DNA of 11,413 nucleotides from a virus (Duplodnaviria; Heunggongvirae; Uroviricota; Caudoviricetes): IMG/VR virus record IMGVR_UViG_2579779002_000004; one strand, 5' to 3'. Shown piece by piece: positions 7,818 to 11,413 of this stretch (position 1 is its first letter; each line of letters starts with the position of its first letter). The notes under the pieces were generated by a model. It saw only the letters and a program-made list of their open reading frames with translations, ran no database searches and was not told where the DNA came from. The position numbers and the translations under genes were made by a program.

Positions 7818-8183
7818 TTACAGTCCGATGATGTCGTCCTCTCTGCCACTACCTCCGGACACCTCCGGCAGCGTCGGGTCCGGCATATCACTCGCCGCTT
7901 CACGAGCAGACTTTTGTCGATGGCATTCGGTACAGAGCGTCCAGAGATTCGTCTCCTCATTACCACCACCGAACTGAAGTGCAATTCGGTGATCGAGTTC
8001 ACTGTCACAGAGGTCAACCACACGACCACAGAGACGGCACTGCCCGGCGTCCCTGAGCCAGATATGACGCTTGAGGGAAACACGTGCACTGCCACTGACA
8101 CGACGCTGTTCACCCTTCAGAATATTCACCCGTCGGGTATTCAGTGTTTTGATTCTGCTCTGGAGTGTACGAAGCTCAGCCAT
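7818..8183 (-). CDS. HNH endonuclease (packaging-associated)
   Basis: 121-aa ORF carrying CRLCGRVVDLCDSELDHRIALQFGGGNEETNLWTLCTECHRQK, i.e. C..CG...ELDH...GG...N...LC..CH. GGGGA lies 8 nt upstream of the ATG. Positioned immediately upstream of the cos/terS region, as in HK97-type phages. Confidence 0.85.
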   Translation of the reverse strand: MAELRTLQSRIKTLNTRRVNILKGEQRRVSGSARVSLKRHIWLRDAGQCRLCGRVVDLCDSELDHRIALQFGGGNEETNLWTLCTECHRQKSAREAASDMPDPTLPEVSGGSGREDDIIGL

Positions 8184-8224
8184 GTAAAATCCCCGTCATA
8201 TGGCAATCAGTAAAGGAAATAAAT

Positions 8225-8425
8225 ATGTCATCGAAAAACCGTACCCGCAGAACCACAACCCGCAATATCCGTTTCCCCAATCACATGATTGAACAGATCA
8301 ACATCGCCCTTGAGCATAAAGGGTCCGGTAACTTTTCAGCGTGGGTTATTGAAGCCTGCAGGAGAAGGCTGGCAACAGATGCAACGCATCTGCGCCCGGC
8401 CAGCATGACAAATAACGAGAAATGA
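8225..8425 (+). CDS. Small ribbon-helix-helix (Arc/MetJ/CopG-like) DNA-binding protein
   Basis: The track ORF 8165-8425 is trimmed to the internal ATG at 8225, which has AAAGGAAAT 6-8 nt upstream; the 8165 start would overlap the HNH gene. The 66-aa product reads MSSKNRTRRTTTRNIRFPNHMIEQINIALEHKGSGNFSAWVIEACRRRL..., consistent with a beta-strand, helix, helix RHH fold. Confidence 0.6.
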   Translation: MSSKNRTRRTTTRNIRFPNHMIEQINIALEHKGSGNFSAWVIEACRRRLATDATHLRPASMTNNEK

Positions 8426-8556
8426 ACGTTCGGTTACAGGAGCAGGTACCCACTGTCCTCCAACAATATTTCATCTTCATATCCGACAGAACAAGACTTA
8501 CCCTGCCGGGATGTACAGAATAACAACAGAGTGATAATTAATTTCTGATGAAATAA

Positions 8557-8889
8557 TCAGGGTGCAGAAGGACTAAAGATAAACGTTTTCTTCACGCCTT
8601 TACACGGCCTGTCCTTCTCAAATCGCCATTTTGCCATCGCCTTTACAACCTGCTCATCAAACAGATGGTGCGGCTCTGAACGAATAAACTCAATTCGGGT
8701 GACAGTACCATCAGCACCAATATCAAACCTCACATCAACCCGTCCCTTTATATAATTTGCCGCTGCATAGGCCGGATATTGTGGTAATGCCTTAACCAAC
8801 TGTCGGGGCATATCTGTTTTATGTTGCGTACAGCCCATAACCAGAGAAGACAACAAAATAATTAACGGAAGATTTCTTTTCATTTTCAT
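8557..8889 (-). CDS. Lipoprotein with a TonB C-terminal-like domain (moron gene)
   Basis: Signal peptide with lipobox MKMKRNLPLIILLSSLVMGC; Thr at +2 suggests outer-membrane sorting. The mature part, PQYPAYAAANYIKGRVDVRFDIGADGTVTRIEFIRSEPHHLFDEQVVKAMAKWRFEKDRP, matches the TonB C-terminal domain pattern (YP..A....EG.V.V.F.I..DG.V..I....S.....FD..A..A...WRF.P). Start is taken at the ATG at 8889 with GGGGA upstream, rather than the GTG at 8898. The local sequence is AT-rich compared with the flanking phage genes. Confidence 0.65.
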   Translation of the reverse strand: MKMKRNLPLIILLSSLVMGCTQHKTDMPRQLVKALPQYPAYAAANYIKGRVDVRFDIGADGTVTRIEFIRSEPHHLFDEQVVKAMAKWRFEKDRPCKGVKKTFIFSPSAP

Positions 8890-8903
8890 TCCCCGCACAG
8901 ATA

Positions 8904-8920
8904 AGAATAAGTCTTATTCT
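8904..8920. promoter_or_regulatory. AT-rich palindrome AGAATAAgtcTTATTCT just upstream of the lipoprotein gene; candidate operator, loosely Fur-box-like
   Basis: A 7-3-7 perfect inverted repeat, 15-31 bp upstream of the lipoprotein start codon and within GATAAGAATAAGTCTTATTCT. Resemblance to the Fur consensus GATAATGATAATCATTATC is partial only. Confidence 0.3.
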
Positions 8921-9221
8921 AACAATGCCGCCCTGTCGGTCATCAATCCTCTGCTTAATGGCAACGACAATTATCCGACTTAAATCACAAATCAGACACA
9001 TGACATAACAGGGCTTGCGAGGTAACACATCGTCCTGTTTCTTCCACCATCGCACCGGACTGGCGACTATGAGGGGACAACGCCGCGCTCCGTTAACGCG
9101 GTAAACCCCGGTGTGTATCGTTTTTGATTATCCCCGCACACTCGCGCAGAGGAGTCTCCCTGTCGGGCTGCGGTCTCTGTTAATGAGGGAATACAGCGAC
9201 GATACGGCGCATCAGCAAAAC

Positions 9222-9689
9222 TTAGTTCAGGCACTGAGTGCGGATATAGTCCTGTGCCCCTTCCAGCTGCTTCTGCATTGTCATCAACCGTTCTCTGAGG
9301 ATGAAATAATCCCGTTCAGCGGTGTCTGCCAGTCGGGGGCCGGTTGCATTATCCACGCCGGAGGTGCCGGTGGCTTCACGCACTGTACCGGAGCAGGTGG
9401 CGTTGATCCGCAGGCGCTTACGACCAGCGGCAACATCAGCACGCAGAGTTTCATTTTCAGCTCTCGCATCGGCTAATTCCCTCGAGTATCTGGCATCAAG
9501 TTCAGCGACATCACGCTGGCGTATCTGCATATCAGTAATTGTCGCGTTCGCCAGTTTCAGCTCACTGACTTTTTTATCGCGCTGCGCTTTGTAGGTGATG
9601 GCGTTATCGCGGTAATGATTCAGCCCCAGACTAAGCACACCACAGGCTACCAGCAGGACAATAATCACCACACACAGAACACGGTTCAT
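9222..9689 (-). CDS. Rz: Rz i-spanin (lysis)
   Basis: From the internal ATG at 9689 the product reads [93 protein letters not shown]...[33 protein letters not shown], close to lambda Rz as I remember it. The track's 183-aa ORF adds a GTG-initiated N-terminal extension that I regard as not translated. Confidence 0.9.
   Translation of the reverse strand: MNRVLCVVIIVLLVACGVLSLGLNHYRDNAITYKAQRDKKVSELKLANATITDMQIRQRDVAELDARYSRELADARAENETLRADVAAGRKRLRINATCSGTVREATGTSGVDNATGPRLADTAERDYFILRERLMTMQKQLEGAQDYIRTQCLN
9284..9469 (-). CDS. Rz1: Rz1 o-spanin lipoprotein, embedded in the +1 frame of Rz
   Basis: [61 protein letters not shown]: lipobox LVVSAC, proline-rich, and close to lambda Rz1 as I remember it. 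Entirely nested within Rz. Confidence 0.85.
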   Translation of the reverse strand: MRELKMKLCVLMLPLVVSACGSTPPAPVQCVKPPAPPAWIMQPAPDWQTPLNGIISSSENG

Positions 9690-9788
9690 ATCACCACCAA
9701 CGGATTGCCCAGACCAGAACAGCAATGGCCACAATACGAATGGCAAATGCCATTGCCCGAATAAGTTCAGCACTCATCTTTTTAAAGT

Positions 9789-10039
9789 TCACGATTTCAG
9801 CGCAATGACCAGTTTTGCCAGCCCATACAGCATCGGAGACACAGCAATACCAACAGCCACCCACTTAATAGCAAAAGCCAGCGCTCTGCTGATGTCATCA
9901 GTCACTGTCACCCCAGCAGCCCCGACGAAGACAACATCACCCAGGCGAGGGACAGAAAAAGAGCAACCAGCATTAGTGAAAATGAAATACCGACAATCAC
10001 ACACAGGACCTTTGCCGGCGTTATGAGTTTGTCTGACAT
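9789..10039 (-). pseudogene. Small two-transmembrane (holin-like) membrane protein gene, apparently split by a frameshift at a G-run near 9905-9915
   Basis: Minus-strand ATG at 10039 with AAGGGG upstream gives 45 codons (MSDKLITPAKVLCVIVGISFSLMLVALFLSLAWVMLSSSGLLG) to a TGA at 9910-9908. A second hydrophobic segment continues in the -1 frame to 9789 (VTVTDDISRALAFAIKWVAVGIAVSPMLYGLAKLVIALKS). Each half has one predicted transmembrane helix. Interpretation is tentative. Confidence 0.3.
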
Positions 10040-10117
10040 AGCTACCCCTTAATTGCCACAATTAACTGGGATACTACCCATAAAAAAGGGATGCTCCAGA
10101 CCAGCAAAAATTTCCAG

Positions 10118-10142
10118 TGAACCGCCCCGGAAATCCTGGAGA
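10118..10142. repeat. Left terminal inverted repeat of the IS629-like element
   Basis: TGAACCGCCCCGGAAATCCTGGAGA; the internal part is mirrored at 11403-11413 (TCTCCAGGAAA). The right repeat is incomplete in the window. Confidence 0.6.
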
Positions 10143-10171
10143 CTAAACTCCCTGAGAAAGAGGTAAACAGG

Positions 10172-10498
10172 ATGACTAAAAATACTCGTTTTTCCCCCGA
10201 AGTCCGTCAGCGGGCGATTCGTATGGTTCTGGAAAGTCAGGATGAATATGACTCACAGTGGGCGGCAATTTGTTCCATTGCCCCAAAGATTGGCTGTACG
10301 CCGGAGACTCTGCGTGTCTGGGTTCGCCAGCATGAGCGGGATACCGGGGGCGGTGATGGTGGGCTCACCAGCGCTGAACGTCAGCGTCTGAAAGAGCTGG
10401 AACGTGAAAATCGTGAACTGCGCCGCAGTAACGATATCCTTCGCCAGGCTTCCGCTTATTTTGCGAAGGCGGAGTTCGACCGCCTCTGGAAAAAATGA
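10172..10498 (+). CDS. IS3-family transposase OrfA (helix-turn-helix / leucine-zipper part)
   Basis: 108 aa, [55 protein letters not shown]...[40 protein letters not shown] lies upstream of the ATG. The ORF ends in an A6 run. Confidence 0.9.
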   Translation: MTKNTRFSPEVRQRAIRMVLESQDEYDSQWAAICSIAPKIGCTPETLRVWVRQHERDTGGGDGGLTSAERQRLKELERENRELRRSNDILRQASAYFAKAEFDRLWKK

Positions 10499-11385
10499 TG
10501 CCACTGCTGGATAAGCTGCGTGAGCAGTACGGGGTCGGACCGGTATGCAGCGAACTGCATATTGCCCCGTCAACGTATTACCATTGTCAGCAACAGCGAC
10601 ATCATCCGGATAAACGCAGTGCCCGTGCGCAGCACGACGACTGGCTGAAGAGAGAGATACAGCGCGTATACGATGAAAATCATCAGGTGTACGGTGTGCG
10701 TAAAGTCTGGCGTCAGTTGTTACGGGAAGGAATCAGGGTGGCCAGATGTACAGTGGCGCGCCTCATGGCGGTTATGGGACTTGCCGGTGTTCTCCGGGGT
10801 AAAAAGGTCCGCACTACCGTCAGCCGGAAAACCGTTGCCACAGGTGACCGCGTAAACCGTCAGTTCGTGGCAGAACGACCTGACCAGCTGTGGGTGGCTG
10901 ATTTTACTTACGTCAGCACATGGCAGGGCTTCGTCTATGTGGCGTTTATCATTGATGTGTTTGCCGGATACATCGTGGGGTGGCGGGTCTCATCGTCTAT
11001 GGAAACGACATTCGTGCTGGATGCGCTGGAGCAGGCGTTGTGGGCCCGTCGTCCGTCTGGCACCATCCATCACAGCGATAAAGGCTCTCAGTATGTGTCA
11101 CTGGCCTATACGGAGCGACTAAAAGAAGCCGGATTACTGGCATCAACAGGGAGTACAGGCGACTCGTATGACAACGCGATGGCGGAGAGCATCAATGGTC
11201 TTTACAAAGCGGAGGTAATACACCGTAAGAGCTGGAAAAACCGTGCAGAAGTGGAACTGGCCACACTAACGTGGGTGGACTGGTATAACAATCGACGATT
11301 GCTGGGAAGGCTGGGCCATACTCCTCCGGCAGAAGCAGAAAAAGCTTATTATGCTTCCATCGGAAACGATGATCTGGCAGCCTGA
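10495..11385 (+). CDS. IS3-family transposase OrfB (DDE catalytic part), in the -1 frame relative to orfA
   Basis: 296 aa with integrase-core motifs ([56 protein letters not shown]). Overlaps the orfA stop at AAAAAATGATG (10490-10500), consistent with programmed -1 frameshifting to give an OrfAB fusion. Confidence 0.9.
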   Translation: MMPLLDKLREQYGVGPVCSELHIAPSTYYHCQQQRHHPDKRSARAQHDDWLKREIQRVYDENHQVYGVRKVWRQLLREGIRVARCTVARLMAVMGLAGVLRGKKVRTTVSRKTVATGDRVNRQFVAERPDQLWVADFTYVSTWQGFVYVAFIIDVFAGYIVGWRVSSSMETTFVLDALEQALWARRPSGTIHHSDKGSQYVSLAYTERLKEAGLLASTGSTGDSYDNAMAESINGLYKAEVIHRKSWKNRAEVELATLTWVDWYNNRRLLGRLGHTPPAEAEKAYYASIGNDDLAA

Positions 11386-11413
11386 GTTCACAGATAAAAC
11401 ACTCTCCAGGAAA

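Larger units (their letters stand above)
10118..11413 (+). mobile_element. IS629-like insertion sequence (IS3 family), truncated by the window edge with about 14 bp of the right end missing
   Basis: Left terminus TGAACCGCCCCGGAAATCCTGGAGA begins at 10118. Two overlapping ORFs, orfA and orfB, match IS629/IS1203-type proteins from memory. The window ends in ...ACTCTCCAGGAAA, which matches the start of the expected right inverted repeat (complement of AAATCCTGGAGA...). Confidence 0.9.

Noticed and set aside
7787-8113. 108-aa minus-strand ORF overlapping the HNH gene in another frame
   Set aside because: The HNH frame carries the complete C..CG…H…C..CH motif. This alternative frame is Ser/Val/Arg-rich with no motif.
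8165-8224. Upstream extension of the RHH ORF (track start at 8165)
   Set aside because: It would overlap the divergently transcribed HNH gene and lacks a ribosome-binding site. The ATG at 8225 has a good AAAGGAAAT Shine-Dalgarno, so I took the shorter product.
8819-9055. 78-aa minus-strand ORF overlapping the lipoprotein gene start
   Set aside because: Overlaps the lipoprotein signal-peptide coding region and its promoter palindrome in a different frame. No start context or recognisable features.
9060-9125. Possible terminator hairpin downstream of Rz (around CCGTTAACGCGG)
   Set aside because: Only an 8-bp CGTTAACG palindrome with poor flanking complementarity and no adjoining U-tract. Too weak to call.
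9111-9594. Plus-strand ORFs of 121 and 90 aa
   Set aside because: Antisense to Rz/Rz1, whose identities are strongly supported.
9690-9773. GTG-initiated 28-codon N-terminal extension of Rz (track ORF 9222-9773, 183 aa)
   Set aside because: Rz proteins begin with a short N-terminus followed by the transmembrane helix, as from the ATG at 9689 (MNRVLCVV…). The extension is hydrophobic nonsense relative to Rz, and the ATG has a GGTGGTGA ribosome-binding region.
10253-10573. 106-aa minus-strand ORF inside the IS element
   Set aside because: Antisense to orfA/orfB of the IS3-family element; no known gene here in this family.

Overview
The window is the right-hand end of the late region of a lambdoid, HK97-type prophage (enterobacterial by gene content), interrupted at its upstream edge by an IS629-like IS3-family insertion sequence. 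All phage late genes are on the minus strand. Reading in the direction of transcription (high to low coordinates): IS629-like element (10118 to window end, about 14 bp short of complete) | fragmentary lysis region with small hydrophobic ORFs but no endolysin | Rz/Rz1 spanins | an AT-rich moron block holding a TonB-C-terminal-domain lipoprotein gene and an oppositely oriented ribbon-helix-helix gene | HNH endonuclease | probable cos region with GTTAAC-core repeats | terminase small and large subunits | prohead protease-major capsid fusion | portal | a repeat-containing head-module protein | gp6-like head-tail connector | start of a head-closure gene running off the window. Most long plus-strand ORFs in the track between 239 and 7400 are antisense artefacts of GC-rich coding DNA. 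I found no defence system with recognisable enzymatic components. The most interesting candidates are the lipoprotein/RHH moron block, the lysis region lacking an endolysin next to the IS, the cos-proximal repeats and the tandem-repeat head protein. All homology calls are from reading the translations against remembered family signatures; no searches were run.
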